A stretch of DNA of 63,905 bases, the filler included, from Octopus bimaculoides (Eukaryota): assembly GCF_001194135.2 (NCBI RefSeq). It is 5 parts of 5 records of this genome, joined end to end, with 100 filler letters (N's around TTAATTAATTAA, not from the genome) between each part and the next. Parts side by side here need not be neighbours in the genome. Positions count along the whole stretch, not along the records: positions 1 to 27,675 come from NC_068993.1; 4 more parts are not named here. One strand, given 5' to 3'. A program made the position numbers and the translations under genes. Numbering within the stretch: the first letter of the stretch is position 1; every line of letters starts with the position of its first letter. Below are positions 13,150 through 26,379 of this stretch, one piece after another. The notes under the pieces were generated by a model. That model ran no database searches. It saw only the letters and a list, made by a program, of their open reading frames with translations, and had not been told where the DNA came from.

Positions 13150-14246
13150 TAGCAGATGATTATTTAACTTTCTGAAGGTGACATATTGTCAGAGGAGAAC
13201 CCAAGGACGTTTATACTGACATGGTTTCTACATTAGGAGATGCGCTTCAGCTTTATCAAGAGTTCAGAAAATGGGCAACAGAATTTAGGAGGGGGAAATG
13301 ATAATCTTGAAGATAATCCATAGTTTGAACGTCTTGCTACTGCCACCACCGAGGAAAGCATTAATCGTGTTCACCACATACTGATGACTGACAGGCGATT
13401 GCCTATAAATCAAATAGCCAATATTATTAGCATATACCGTGGGGTTGTTCAGAATATTCTGCACAATAAAGTTAGTATGACGAAGGTTTCAGCTGCGCGG
13501 GTGCCACATCTTCAGGTACCTGATCAAAAGCCACCAGGCTGATCACATTACGGGGAATCTGACGCGGTTTGAAGCAGATCAAGCTAGTTTCCGTTACCAT
13601 TTACTAACCCAGAATGAGTTTTGGGTTCATTATTTTAGGCTAGAGACAAAGAGACAATCCATGCAGTGGAAACACCTCTCCTCAACTGCTTCAAAGAAGG
13701 CCGAGGTCGTTTCATCTGCAGAGAAGGTGATGTTTCAGTGTTTTGGGGATGCAAAGGGCATTGTGTTTATTGACTATCTTCAGAAGGGTCACGATATCAA
13801 TGGAGAGTATTATGCCAATTTGTTGAGGCAGTTACGAAAGGCTATCAAGACCAAATGCCCAGGAAAAGTGAGGAAAGGGATCTTTTTTCATCAAGACAAT
13901 GCTCCGGTACACAAGTCCACAAGTCTTTGCTTTCAATGGTCGTTGTGCATGACTGTTGCTTTGAACTGGTTGATCACCCTTCCTACTCTGATTTGGCCTC
14001 ATCTGAATATCATCTGTTTCTCGACATGACAAAACACTCAGCTAGTAACCAGTATCGCAGTGATAATAGCATCATATTTGCTGTTAATGACGTTTTTTAT
14101 CAACAAGATGAAAGCTTCACTAATAGGATCAAAGCAATCGACATCGATGGAGAAGTGTGTGGACCGCAAGTGGGATTATGTTGAAAAATAAACCTCATTT
14201 GGTCATATTCCATGAGAACATCTTGGTCAGCCTATGAACTTTTTAG
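13150..14246 (+). mobile_element. Mariner transposase pseudogene/element
   Basis: KWATEFRRG..LEDNP (HTH region); MQWKH..KVMFQCFGDAKGIVFIDYLQKG..YYANLLRQLRKAIKTK..FFHQDNAPVHKS; HPSYSDLASSEYHLF; ends YVEK* followed by a TIR-like tail. Confidence 0.85.
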
Positions 14247-14899
14247 TCGACTCTCGTGGACTGCAAGTATATTTACGATAATTTTTCACACTGTTGGATC
14301 TTGGATTGCCTGAGGACGCTGGGGGTCAATAAGAAAATATAAACATTTTATTGTGTATTTATTGTCGTTAGCCAAGAGGACTGAGGTTCATAGACTACAC
14401 TGTTTGTAATCTGACTCGTAACGAAACATTTCATAGAAAGCATGAATTGAAAGGACAGTAGCTGTCAATCAGTTCTCAGGATATTCAGTCAGTGATTTCA
14501 CTTTCAGTTCACTTGCAGGAAATTAATTCATCGCCTGAGAGTGGACAATAAGATAAAAGTTTGTCGCCTTGTAATTTGAACTCTAAAATTAGGTGGGACA
14601 AAAGTGTACGTAGTAAATGCAGTAAACTACTTCTCTACAGAATCTGTCAAATCAAGTAACCTCTGTTGTAACTCAACTGCTATGGACGGATTCTACACTG
14701 TTGGAAAATATACACGGCTGTATCGCTCAAAATATATCCATGGTAAAAAATTTCAACTACCACCGATAGAGATGTGTGTAATTAAAGAATCAGTTTTATA
14801 GTTTTTTTTTGTTTATCCTTATGCCAAATTTTCTGAGAAAACATATAATCGATACCATTTTACCGTTCATAATATTGTATTTTATGCAGCAATATATAT

Positions 14900-15843
14900 A
14901 TTGAACTACATGTTGTATTTCATGTCCTCAATAAAGAAAGCTACGATTTGCGACATGAGCTGTAGTTAGAGTGTACCAGTTTCCAGAAAGAACACCATTT
15001 GGTCACAAACTCGGACTTTGTGTTGCAGACAGAGCATTTGGTGTGTTTCTGAACCGACACCACGCATTGAAATCCATGCGATTAGAATCGGGGAATTAGG
15101 AGGCCAGAAATTGGGGCTAGTGAAGACGCAGATATTCTCCGACAACCACTGAGACACTTCGAAGGTATGGAAAGGAGCGGAATCGTCCTGCCACACATAT
15201 GGCCCTCCAGCATCAATCCGCTTCACTCAGGATTTGATTACAGTCACAACTATCTTCACATAGATGTCTTAATTGAGTGTAAGTCTCAATTCAAAGATGT
15301 GGGGCAGCATGACGTCATCCTCACTGGAAACACACACAAAGACGATCACAGTTTAGGGAACTTGATTTTTATGATATGTCGGACATCAAATGGATTGCAT
15401 GCAAACAAACCTGTTGTTTTAGGTGTTGTGCAACTGGCCCTGGCAGAAGTTCTTTTCATCTGAGAAGAACCAGATCATTCCCAGCTCAAAAAGATGCCTC
15501 TACTTGTTTAGCTTATTTGCTTTCATCAGGCAGTTCTCTTTGGCTTTGTCTGTCAGAAGTTGTGCCTTGCACCTCTTGCAAGTGTGGTAGCTAAAGTCTT
15601 CATTTAAGGCCAGCTTCATGGTGGCCCTAAATCCCGGATTTCCTTGCTCAGACCTCCTATCACCCTGTCCTGCTGTTCGTGGAAGAGTTCCAGCGTGCGA
15701 ACGCAGTTAGAACGTCTCCTTTGTCTCTTCCTGCTGGCCACTGTTTCGTAATCTCCGTTGCCGCTGCCATGTTACGTCTTACAGCCTTTTCAGTGTTCAC
15801 AGAGCATTGAACAGCAGTCATGATGTTTGCATTTTGACACCTG
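14900..15843 (-). mobile_element. Tc1/mariner (maT/DD37D-like) transposase pseudogene
   Basis: WFFSDEKNFCQ; VSSEDDVMLPHIF; PYVWQDDSAPFHT..QWLSEN..FWPPNSP. Assignment to maT is an inference from these motifs. Confidence 0.75.
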
Positions 15844-16019
15844 GCGTGAATCATCATAATACAGGTAACTCTCTTCCAATATGTCTTTAAGTGTATCCCG
15901 AAAGGGTAGAACCGTTACCTTTTTTAAGGGAAGTAGGACAACTATTTATGAGAAGATATGCAAAAACATCATGCTGGTATACAATACATCTTTCTCCTTT
16001 TTGCAGATTCAACGCATGA

Positions 16020-17057
16020 TGGGAGCTTCTACAGTAGATTTTGGTAAATGACGAACGGTCTTGAAGTTCCTCTTTTAGAAACGGCGGAAATCCATGGATT
16101 TCAAGGACGTTTTGAAGTATGACTACCCATCTGACTCCACAGTCAAAATCTGGGTGTCGAGGTTTCGGACAGGTCATTTTGAGGTCACAGATGAACCACA
16201 GTCAAGACGGCCAACATACGCTTTGCACGCCATGATTCTCGAGGACCGCAGGATTTGAGTTCAAGTTATCGCTGAAACTCTGGGGATTTCCCCCTAAAGA
16301 GTTGTTCACATGATCCACAACATTCTGGATATGAGACAGCTTTCTGTAAAACGGGTGACGAAATGCCTGAACGCAGATTGGAATCGCATCAGAGCAACGA
16401 CATCAAAGGCGATTTTGGACCGGTTTTCAGCGGCAGATCCTGATTTTATGGCTCGTTTAGTCAGCATGGAGGAAACGTTGCTTCATCATTGTGATATTCA
16501 GACCATGCAGCAATCAATAGAATGGTTCCACAGTGCTTCACTTCGTCCCAAGAAGTTTCTGACATAGAAGTTAGCTGGAAAAATCCTGGCTTAAGTGTTT
16601 TGGAACAAAGACAGAGTACTCCACATAAAATACATCTTGGACGATCTACAATAATCTCTGTGGAAAGCCGAGCCGTGGTATCATGTTTGTAGGACAATGA
16701 ACCAGCACACACAACACATGAAACTCTGCAGAAAATGCACAATTTCGTCTTCGAATTGGTAGACCACCAATCTTACTCTTTTGACTTCGACCCCTCTGAC
16801 TATCACCTCTTAAGCACAACGGAAGAAACATCTCAAGGGAACGAAATTACACTCCGATTCGGAGGTGATTGTTGCTACAGAGGCTTGGCTGGAGGCCCAA
16901 CTTTCTGAGTTCTTTTTGTCGGGCTTAGAAAAACTGAAGGACCGCTGCAATAAGTGTGTGACTCTGTGAGGGGAATATGTTGAATAAAATCATAATTAAC
17001 TGATCCTCCTGTATTTCCTTTAACCCAAAGCCAGGAACTTTTCGGTACCTTCTCGTA
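16020..17057 (+). mobile_element. Mariner transposase pseudogene/element
   Basis: STVKIWVSRFRTGHFEVTDEP; IHNILDMRQLSVKRVTKCL..FMARLVSMEETLLHH; DPSDYHL; WLEAQ..KC..GEYVE*; TIR-like end AACTTTTCGGTACCTTCTCGTA. Confidence 0.8.
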
Positions 17058-17089
17058 CATGCGATTTACTACCATGTATCTTACTGTAA

Positions 17090-18850
17090 CTGTTGTTGAT
17101 TTGTACCAGACCAATCTACCACGATTTCTCGAACGTCTTGAAGTTACTGAACTTCTTGAATATTTCGTGCGTTACTAACTTTGCTACTTTCGTTTCCTTC
17201 TTTCCCTTGTATCTCTCATTCCAATATACCTGATGATAAATCTTTCCTCTTAAACCTAAATCACAGTCTCAAACATTACTTCACTACGTTTTCTATCTGC
17301 TGCCTCTAATCTTCCCTCAACATTTCCCTATACATTAAAACATCTTTTCCTCTGATGCTGCTTTCACCTCAAACACATCCCTAAAGGCTTCCACCTTTAT
17401 TTCCACCCTGCCTTCCATTCTGCTTCCACCGTCCTCTGCACTGCTACCTGCCACAATTCGCTCTAATCTCTCTAAAATCCACATCCTTGAACGCCTTCTT
17501 CTGCCTCCTTACTCAATCTTCTACTGCTGCCCACCTTCGTTGTTCTCTCCATGCTCCCTTTCATTCTCTACCTCAACCGCCTTCTCCGCGACTGTCTTGC
17601 TTGCATTAAGCACTACGAACTTCAATCAGTCCTTCATCATGTCCTACCTGACGCCAATAATGCCACTCCTTCCCGTGCCCTCTCCACCCTACCCCAACTA
17701 CTTCCACCATGCCCATTTCCCCGCCTCGGCCGACAACCCCATCTACCACTTACTTCCTCCTATCACCTTTCCGCCTACCACCGCCGCACTACTCCTTTCC
17801 CACCAATTCACCCTCTTCCACACACCCTTTTCCAATACACTCTGTTGTAACAGTTCCTCCTGATCTTCCCCTCTCTGAAGCCAAGCGTACTCCCCTTAGT
17901 AGGGGTCCCTGTTTTATACCACTCTGTCCAGTAACTAGTTTGGGACCTGAGCTGATGTCTAATACTTCGTGCACTGTGACTGAATGCATCTCTCTTCCAC
18001 AAAACTTCACCTGCATTTAATGAAGAAGACTACTTCATTCACCTAAGCTGCCGACCATCCCGCTAGGCTCCCTGCTAATTCCAAATGGTTGATAAATTTG
18101 AACGTGCCCTGGACCGGTGCAACTTCAGCAAGCGTCCCCGACATTTCATCCTCTCTCGAGTCGAGCTCTCAGCCTTTTGATGCCTTTTGACATTAAACTG
18201 GCTGACAAAATGGTGGATTTGTGGTCGTGTGGCGTGCTCACCTTAACAAGGCGTAGGTAATGAAGCCTCCTTGCATTAAAATTCTTTCTCAGCCTTCGTC
18301 CTGATCTGCATCTTGACATCTCTGTCCTCCACCGTTTAGCTGAACTTGTCTCTCCTTAAATTGCTTCTCACGAATTTTACCATCACGTCTGGAATTGGTC
18401 ATGGGAACGAGAATGGACTCCAAACGTGCGAACCTGTTCGTCCGCTATGCTGAATTCCAAATATTTTCTCAATCCATCGGTCCCACTCCTGAGCTATAGC
18501 GTCGTTACATTCACGACCTCACTCTCCGGCGAATAACTCAAATCCTTCCTCTCATTCATCCTGCCCTCGAATTCTCTTGTTCTGTCTCCAACAGCTATGA
18601 ATTTTCTCGACGTTCCTGTTATTATCCACCACTCCTCTCTTACCACCTCATCAACCATGAACCCTACAAACTCACACTTTTATCGCAACTTCTCTTCTGA
18701 TCCTAATGACATCATCCCTAACGTCTCTGCTGGCTCTGTAGTGACGACCATGATTTCTCGACACAATTTAAACTCATGGCTCGCCACTTCAACTAACGGG
18801 TTATCTTAATCGCCCTCACCCGTGCCCGATCTGTTTTCTGTGCCTCCCTA
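17090..18850 (+). mobile_element. Penelope/Poseidon-type retroelement RT region, heavily decayed
   Basis: HIPKGFHL; DLPLSEAKRTPLSRGPCFIP; LADK..GGFVVVW; VMGTRMDSKRANLFVRYAE; PEL*RRYIHD (YIDD motif); FLDVPV..PTNSHFYRNFSS. Confidence 0.75.
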
Positions 18851-19302
18851 GTGACCACAAGGAGAATTTTATCAAATTTTATCATGCTTACGAACCACAT
18901 GNNNNNNNNNNNNNNNNNNNNNNNNNNNNNNNNNNNNNNNNNNNNNNNNNNNNNNNNNNNNNNNNNNNNNNNNNNNNNNNNNNNNNNNNNNNNNNNNNNN
19001 NNNNNNNNNNNNNNNNNNNNNNNNNNNNNNNNNNNNNNNNNNNNNNNNNNNNNNNNNNNNNNNNNNNNNNNNNNNNNNNNNNNNNNNNNNNNNNNNNNNN
19101 NNNNNNNNNNNNNNNNNNNNNNNNNNNNNNNNNNNNNNNNNNNNNNNNNNNNNNNNNNNNNNNNNNNNNNNNNNNNNNNNNNNNNNNNNNNNNNNNNNNN
19201 NNNNNNNNNNNNNNNNNNNNNNNNNNNNNNNNNNNNNNNNNNNNNNNNNNNNNNNNNNNNNNNNNNNNNNNNNNNNNNNNNTGTGTGTGTATGTGTGTGT
19301 AG

Positions 19303-19510
19303 GTGTTTGTGTGTCTGTATTTGTCCCCCCAACATCGCTTGACAACCGATGCTGGTGTGTTTATGTCTCCGTAACCTACAGGTTCGGCAAAAGAGACCGA
19401 TAGAACAAATACTAGGCTTACAAAGAATAAGTCCTGGGGTCAATTTGCTCGACTAAAGGCTGTGCTCCAGCATGGCCACATGACTGAAACAGGTAAAAGA
19501 GTAAAAGAGT
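19303..19510 (+). mobile_element. SINE family B, 3' portion
   Basis: Homologous to 35400-35608 (ACAACCGATGCTGGTGTGTTTA...CTAGGCTTACAAAGAATAAGTCCTGGGGTC). Confidence 0.75.
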
Positions 19511-20889
19511 ATGCGAGAAGAGTTTCATCTTCTTTATATCCATTAGCACTATTCTGCCATGTTCAAAACTAGAAATACATACTCCAGCATAACATTTGGC
19601 TTCCTTATTTTAGAGTTAATAAAATATTTCTTGGTGACATTTATGCTGGCATTGATTCTGCATCTCTTCTTCTCTGTCGGCAGTATGTCGGACATGAGGG
19701 CAGGCGGATTAATTATCACCTTAATTAGAAGATTTATGGGCCATCCACCTTATGTTTTGTTTTTTCAAAATTAATAGTATATAGGGTTGCCTATATTTAC
19801 GGATATGGTATGATCATTGGGTGTCAATACTCCCATTCGCACCTCAAATGCAAGCAGCGCTAATGAATATCTTTTGTAATCTTAGTCGTAAATTCTTGTC
19901 TTGCTAGAAATGGCCGCCAATGAATCGATGATTCTTTCTTCTTGAAGGGCATTTTTTCTTCATTGACTGCGAGTGTGAAATGCAAAGATTATATCGCACT
20001 GCTAGTTTAATCTGTTAAGGTGGATAACCAGGTAAATCGCCATACGGCTAAGTGTATGTTTCTACAACAGAACATCGCAAACAGCAATAGAAAAAGTATT
20101 CTAGTGTAATAAAAAGCTATGGAATTTCGCATTATCCCAACAAGTATGACTAATTTTGGCCTTACATCAAAAATACATCATACATAATGCCCTGTATTAC
20201 TGTTAGATTTATTTACAATTTGAGAGTTCTTTTCTTATCACTGCAACATCTGTGGTCGGCTCTGCAGAAATGAAAAGGATCTCCTCGTGCATTCTTTAGT
20301 GACGCCTTTACTGTTGTTTCGAAATTTAAGCCATCCTTCCTTCATTACACTTAGATATCTCACAAAAGGCATTTAAAGTGCAATAATCAGTCTTCTGAAG
20401 CATTTCCCAATAGTGGCATAGCAATATAATTCCTTTGGCAGAACTTTATACAATTGCTGCACTATAAATGTTTCAACTTTACTTTCTTACGACCATTACA
20501 TAACGAAATTCTGATATAGCTACGATTTTTAATGATCTCGCAGATTTTCCCCTAAATTGTTAAAACTGTATACTAAATATTAGTTTTCCTCTTCAGAAAC
20601 AAAAATTATATTAGCTGTAATCCTTTTGGATGATACTGCTGCTTCAAGAGACAAATATCCTAGACAGCGCTAAAAACATATGAGCATCTAGCTATTTGGC
20701 AAGTATTCACTCACCAATCCTATAGAACTGCTAACTGAAATCCCTTTGTGCTTTTTATCTGTCATGCATGGGATTTTGCACCTTTAATCTAGGAAACAGG
20801 TTACTTCTTCTCTTCCTGATACATCTTCTCTCCTTATTCTTCGGTTCTTTAATTTTTTATGTACATCATTTCCCGGGGATGGGTGTTTA

Positions 20890-21035
20890 TTCATGCGAAA
20901 GAAGGAGGGAGAGAGAGAGAAGGGAGAGATAGATAGACAGACGGAGAGATAGAGAGAGATAGAGATAGAGAGGGAGAGAGAGAGAGAGGAAGAGAAAGGG
21001 AAGAATGGCAGAGAGAGTGAGGGAGAGAGATATAG
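20890..21035. repeat. GA-rich imperfect microsatellite
   Basis: Directly visible. Confidence 0.9.
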
Positions 21036-21559
21036 GAAGATGACGAAGGTGAATGGCGGTAAAAGTGAAGGAAAGAACGAAAGGGTAGTTGGTAGAAAAT
21101 ATGAGGGTTTCCGATGATTGAGAAAATGGAAGTACAAAATTGCGTCTTTTGTCCAGAAAACTGGTTGCAGTAAGTCAAAGAGTCCACGCACTGCGCACTA
21201 ACCGCCACCTTTATATGCCACTAATTGAGCACTTCGATTTCTCTAGACCAGAGTCTGTGATTGAGTGGCTCTGCAAACTTCTCACTGAACAATCATTTTC
21301 CAATTATTTCTCTCCAGAACTACTTTAGCTTTGGGAAATTCGTTATTGCCAGAGATTTAAATTGAAATTCAACCCTTGAATTCCAGAAAAATAAAGAGCC
21401 GTCCAAAATTCCTGGGTACTGTTTTACTGCCTCTGATTAATTTATACGAGAAAGCAATATTCTTTGTAATTTCATTGGTAGTCCTCATAAGTAGATAACG
21501 AAAAGTTGTTAGGCCGAACAAAGTAGTATTTAGTTTACTTGTCTACTTCTTGGCTTGGC

Positions 21560-21790
21560 TTCACGCTCTTGCTTGATGATGGTGGGATCATTCCAAGTTA
21601 GTGGTCCTAGAGGCGCCATTATGCGTAGAGCCGATCAGAGCCATCAGTACTTTCCATCGCTGATGTTCCCGTGCCAACCCCTCTGCATACTCCAAGGTGA
21701 CGTTGAGTCTCTGGAGTTCCTACCCAATCACGTCCAGCCATCTCTTGCTACATCACCCAACCAGGACTTTACTCACTCCGTCTACTAGTG
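21560..21790 (-). mobile_element. RTE-type LINE C-terminal fragment
   Basis: VG*CSKRWLDVIG*ELQRLNVTLEYAEGLAREHQRWKVL resembles the RTE GRPxxRWxD...A.DR..W terminus. Confidence 0.55.
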
Positions 21791-22337
21791 AAATATAGAT
21801 ATCATCTCGGATAAATTCGATTTATCAATGCTGTTCTATCAATAAAATAAGGCTTAAAAACAAACATTGAGAACATAAAAGTTTTTAGAATTTTTCTTAT
21901 GTAAAAAAAATATTTTTGAAATCACGTATATCTGCTTCGAAAGTAAACATCGTAATACGAATTTACATCTTATCATAGAAGACTACATTTCAGTACACGG
22001 TCACACGCAACACGACATGATGCTGTACAGGGTCATATTTATCGTCCAGATATTAGAAGAAGAATATCAAAATTCTCTCCGGAATATATTTTACTTTCCG
22101 TCTCTTAAGTCAATGGCTACGAGACCCTTATATTAACGATTGATTTATGGATATTTGCTTTAGTTTTGGTACTGTTTAATTATTCAGACATTTAGTCATG
22201 TCTTGTTTGCGGTCGATAATGTATTTATAGAGATATTTTAGCGGCAGAAATAACTTTGGAACTTCACTGTGCATACATAAGAAATAATTCGGAAGGTTAC
22301 ATTTTCGAATGCAATTTGATAGTTCTTCGATGCATTG

Positions 22338-22667
22338 AGGAAACCTCCTTCGGTCATGAATGACCATGGGATTGCACCTAGAAAGTTACCCTCCGAGGCA
22401 CATGTCTGGACAAGGTTTTTGTGGAAGGCCAGCAATCGCCTATGCATACCAGCCACCCCTCTCCACACCATTGATGTTATCCAACAGCCGACACAGCTTG
22501 GCACCAGTGATATCGCAACTAACTTCTACAGCTGAGTTAACTGGAGCAACGTGAAATAAAGTGGGTGTCTTGCTGAAGAACACAACACGCAGCCTGGCCC
22601 GGGAATCGAACTCACAACCTCACGATCGTAAGCTCGATGCTCTAACCACTGAGCCATGCGCCTTCAC
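22338..22667 (-). mobile_element. tRNA-headed SINE family C
   Basis: A box TGGCTCAGTGG (22646-22656) and B box GAGTTCGATTCC (22602-22613) on the minus strand, followed by a non-tRNA body and tail. Confidence 0.8.
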
Positions 22668-23609
22668 ATTGCATTGCTGATTTGTTATATAAGAGAACTG
22701 TTTATTTCTGTGGTACGTACAAATGGTCTTCTCTTCAAACATCTATTTGACAAAATTATGTTATGTTTTTTTCATTTTCTTTCTCGTAATGACAAGAGAC
22801 GGAGCATTATAAAAACTTTATGAAGATTATCAGAAAAAAACTTTCGGCGATGAAATAATAATTTATAGTGGTCTCTTACGTCAGCTGGCATAATGACAAC
22901 TTTCGTATGAAATTAGTGTGTGAAGTGGTTGAGAGCTTCACAGACTTGTATAATCTTTATATGATTCTCAAGTAGAATCATTGATATACAAGTATGACAA
23001 GGTTCGATTTTGGAATTAAGTTACAGTTTACCCGACTGCTTCTACAGATTGGTTTACCATCTTCAACCATAAGGCTCGGGTCAAGATCAACCCGAATCTA
23101 TGATAAATGAATCTGCTCAAGATATGGTCCGCATTAAACTGGAGCTTAAGAGCTAGGTTGAGAAGCAAATTTCCCATGCCTGTGTCCACAATACCCTGCA
23201 GGACGTGTGCTATAAATATATTTATGACACTTATATTGTTGCTGTGTAGCTCCATGCTACTGATCAACTTCGATTGAAGACTCACGGGATCAAAGATTTT
23301 AGATCTATGATTACTGTATCGTAGTTTCAAGGACTTACCATTCAGTATGTACACTCTTTTGTAAATTATGTAGACGGAGACTGAATTTATATACTGTTGT
23401 TTGACTTAAGATAATTCCTAATCGAGCAAGCCTACAAATTTAGGCTTCCGGATATAAAAATCTCGACTTTTTTAATATTCAATATCTGTATATTTAATAC
23501 AATAGTTTATGTTTAGAGGTACGCTTGGTAGTTAGTTCTAGCAAGTCAGATGAGCATGTAGTCCCTTTTATTGAATTGTGCATTTGTTACAGGGTAAGAA
23601 ATTGGTTAT

Positions 23610-23827
23610 GCAGGAGGTGAGTTCTCGAGCAGTTTTCGATCCCGGGTTGTCTTTACGCTCTGAGTGTCTGTCTTTACGCTTTGGGTTCAAATTCCACCGA
23701 GGTCGACTTTGCCATTCATCCTTTCGGAGTTGATAAATTAAGTACCAGTTGCGTACTGAGGTCGATCTAATCGACTTACCCCCTCCCCAGAAATTTCGGG
23801 CATTGTGCCTAGAGTAGAAAAGAATAT
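23610..23827 (+). mobile_element. SINE family A, tail type 2 (head disrupted)
   Basis: Core and tail homology to the other copies. Confidence 0.75.
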
Positions 23828-25868
23828 ATTCTGTCTTTATATACAATGGCAGCGCCTGATTTTAGGAAGATATAGCTACTAATTACGGTAATTCCTTAAC
23901 CACGTAAAGGCTTTCACGATCGTACAACGTACCTAAACTTATTTCTTCTTCTGGAGGCATCGAGTTGTTTGAAATCAATTTCAACGTAAAGATCTCATCA
24001 ATCTGGAACATTTAACAAATTACAAAACAACTTTAATCATAATTACCTATCTAATTAGTACCACTAATTTTTCCGTATCGACATTGAATATTGCCTTATA
24101 TTATACGTGATATTGCAACACTTATTTTCTTTCCAAAATACCTTAGCGACGTTAGAGAAAATACCTTCAGATGTCACTACACCGGGAATCGATTCGCTGA
24201 ATCCGGTTAACGGAAGTTTTTCACCTTTATTAGAAATCGAAACTCTTCCGTTGACTTGATCTATAATTACCGATTGCCAATGAAAAAATTACACCGAAGT
24301 CAGCTTCCACGATCCGTCCTTCCGGAGTCGATAAAATCAGAACCGGTTGATTTAACTTGACAGAAGTACCCCTATCTCGTATACATTTACTTGTGTTATC
24401 AATGAAAGTATTTAGAGTAGGGATGTAATATCGACTCAATCATTTCCAAATAAAGAGTTACATCACTGATTATCGTATGACATTTTAAGTAATATACTAT
24501 TATTTCAATGAAGTTTATCATGGTTAATGTAAAGAAAATATGGTTGCTGTTGTGTTGGATTGAGAAACGGCTGAATAGGGCTGACAATAATCTCAAAGTG
24601 TTTATGTCAATTGGATTTGACATCTTGTGGTTAATGGGGTGATTTTCAATATCATTTGACATAATGATCAGTTAAACTTTTCTGTCACTATTGAACATTC
24701 ACAAAACAACTGTAGAACAGTTGACTAAGCATTATTCATAACCACATTCCATACAATTTGGATGGAATTGGGAGAATGAACTGGGAAACTAAATTTAGAA
24801 TTCTAAAACGCAGTACTGCTTCGAATACTCATTGTTATTCACTGAATTTTAGAATAAACTATTGCAACCATCACCAAAAACAGATCCTCATTATACCAAA
24901 TTTGTCTTCAGGCATATAGTGAATATTCGGAAGAAATTCGTCTATGACCAGAATTAAACAATATAATGAATTGAATCTGACATTCTTCTGCTTCTTGTGA
25001 CTGAAAGCCCAAGAGATGCAAGTTCTAAAGTTTATTTCCAACTTAAAGTCCATATTTATAATGGGATGGTATTATCAATTCATTCGATTACAGTATATTC
25101 TCATAATTATATCATAATCAACCAAGAAAAGAAAATTAAGAGATTCTGCATTCAGTCCGATAGCTCAACACCAAAGCCGTTTTAGAGAAATTGCTTGGGG
25201 TACGCAATGCCAAGGTTCCTCGTTATATAAAAGCAGAGTAGTGTTCGTTCTGTTATTTCCTGCCTATGGACAACTTACACCAATGTAACTATATATCAAA
25301 TATGCTAATGGATCAATCAATATTTAGTGTACAAACATAAAAATGGTGAAAATTAAATTAGATTAAATTAATGTAATCATAGTGCATTCATTGTATACTA
25401 TTTTATTCTCCCTCCTGAATAGACATTTTTCTTAAAAGTAAATATTCAATGGCCACAACAGATCATATCCTGTAATTATTTAGCTGGAATAATGAGGATA
25501 AGAGTCGATCACCACTATTAAAGCAGCAAATTGTTCAGACTCTGGGGATGTGGCCGGAAAACAGAAGTGTGATTGCACTGCCCACATGTAGATGGGTTAA
25601 TCATATATAAATGGACATTGCAGTAATCGACTGGATCGATAACAATAGTCAGATCAATTAAGGAACGAAGGTAGGAACAAAACAACAAAATTAAGAGAAT
25701 CGAATATAATTTACTGAGCAAGTCTAACAAGACCAGGACACCAGTTTAGACCAGTTGGTTTCAAAGTCAACCTCATCTGCGCCTACATCGCCTTTAGCAC
25801 AAATGATATTATTAGTGATCTACTTGTCTGGCTAGTGATTTCATTTGAGAACGTGTGTTGAAATTGAA

Positions 25869-25997
25869 ACAATTAGAGTGGAAGACACATATTAGCCATT
25901 CAAAAACACAAAGACTGATAACTTCACTTCATCACTGGCGTCAACAGTCTTTCGGTGCTTTTGAATGGCACTTATGTGTTTTTCACGCTATAATTGT
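25869..25997. repeat. Imperfect inverted repeat (~55 bp arms, ~17 nt loop)
   Basis: ACACATATTAGCCATTCAAAAACACAAAGACTG versus the reverse complement of CAGTCTTTCGGTGCTTTTGAATGGCACTTATGTGT. Confidence 0.7.
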
Positions 25998-26379
25998 GAT
26001 AGTGGTGTTATCTCGTTTGTACCTTTGTTTTTAGAATCTTTAAAGCCCTTTTCCGAGTTTGTGTTTTTAAGTGTATAGACAAACTGAGGTATGCGAGGTT
26101 TTCTCTTCACTATGCCAGGTATGGGAAACGTTATCCGATGTATATTTAGCATTTAGAACGTTCATCTGAGGTATGTTCTCTATAGGTTCGGATTTATACT
26201 GAGAGTCACTATTGTTTATTTCCATGCATAGAACATATACTTTGTTTTGCCAAGCGAGTAGAATAAGCTTCACTGAAACATGTCTTCGGGTTTCATAATT
26301 TGGCTTTAATATTTTCTGTTTGCGACGTCTTTGTTGAAGAAAAGTTTTTGTTAACTAGTTCTATTGAAGTTATCTATTT

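Noticed and set aside
22600-22667. Possible tRNA genes (also 36850-36908 and 45731-45790)
   Set aside because: A and B boxes are present but there is no acceptor stem or full cloverleaf, and they continue into SINE bodies
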